Shown here one piece after another: positions 63,301 through 64,000 of a stretch of 64,000 nt of DNA. The position numbers were made by a program, and so were the translations under genes. The DNA lies in the NCBI GenBank assembly GCA_030704615.1, contig CM060734.1, positions 6,262,001 through 6,326,000 on the forward strand, written 5' to 3'. Source of the DNA: Takakia lepidozioides (taxonomy: Eukaryota > Plantae > Bryophyta). The number at the start of each line of letters is the position of its first letter. Positions within the stretch are counted from its first letter, which is position 1. The notes under the pieces are model-generated. The model saw nothing but the letters and a program-made list of their open reading frames with translations. It was not told the DNA's origin and made no database searches.

Positions 63301-63609
63301 TTGGTAAAGTCGTTGGTACTTAGTAGTTTGTACCTGTCAGTGGGGAGTGGCTTCAGCCCGGTTGTCCATTGCAAGGGAGGCTAGGAGTTGTCAGGGTTTT
63401 GAGTGGCTTATGCCTTGCTGCCACGTGGTAACACGGGACAGTGTATATGGGGATTGGATTTCTTTGTGTGCTATGCTTTAGTGTATTGGTGTGAGGGTGT
63501 ACTGGTGTTCAGATGTGGATGAAAGTGTGACAGGCTGATGATGGTGTGCTAGATACTGGTTAGGATGTCAGCTAGAAGGCCTTCGGCGCATATAAAAGAC
63601 CATGTCGCA

Positions 63610-63768
63610 CATCTATGGCCAAACTTAAATAGAGGTTTAGCCATGCAGGTGGGATGGCTAAAATGAACCCCAACGAGATGACAGGCTTACTTGGCCGCGC
63701 TGCTCATCTATGGCTAAACTCAAATAGAGGGTTAGCCATGCATGTGGGATGGCTAAAATATACCCCAA
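63610..63768. repeat. ~64-bp imperfect direct repeat, two copies 95 bp apart
   Basis: CATCTATGG(C)(C/T)AAACT..AAATAGAGG..TAGCCATGCA..TGGGATGGCTAAAAT..ACCCCAA at 63610 and 63705. Confidence 0.75.
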
Positions 63769-64000
63769 GACCAGATGAAAAGCTTGATGGCTAGGCAGAA
63801 GCCCACTTTAAAGTGCTGGTTCTAAATTTTGAATATATCTATTGCAAAATGGGCGCAATGGAGGCTTCCCTGGAATTCAACTAACTACTAGCTGACTTAC
63901 ACAGCCAAGGGATGGACTAGGCTCCTATGGAAATACATGTGTCCAAGATGGTGGTTGAATTTTCTAGCGAGCTGCACTTTGGGGAGCACTAGGGCATGTG

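Overview
Eukaryotic, plant-type (probably bryophyte-grade) repeat-rich DNA with one host gene. (1) 1-7403 and 19097-33548: two oppositely oriented copies of a ~14.5-kb Mutator/MULE-like DNA transposon. Both abut the same 9-bp site (GTCTTAAAC) in different units of a ~2.96-kb tandem array. The element carries a spliced DDE+SWIM transposase, a divergent multi-exon gene combining a ParB/Srx-like domain (DGNHR) with a beta-class N6A/N4C methyltransferase-like domain, and between them a 53-bp-period array of a 22-28-bp palindrome that also recurs in introns and subterminal DNA. (2) 35747-54616: a second, diverged, inverted ~3.2-kb tandem family, interrupted by a 12.2-kb Ty3/Gypsy element. That element encodes gag-protease-C5 DNA methyltransferase-RT-RNaseH-integrase-PHD, and its terminal repeats are split/permuted (B...A-B-A) with TGTC...GACA ends and a 4-bp TSD. 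(3) 55854-61935: an 8-exon BZW/5MP (eIF5-mimic, W2 domain) gene with two tandem RTE/RTEX-like LINE fragments at a (TC)n site in one intron. Many 1-bp indels look like long-read errors, so frameshift status is uncertain.
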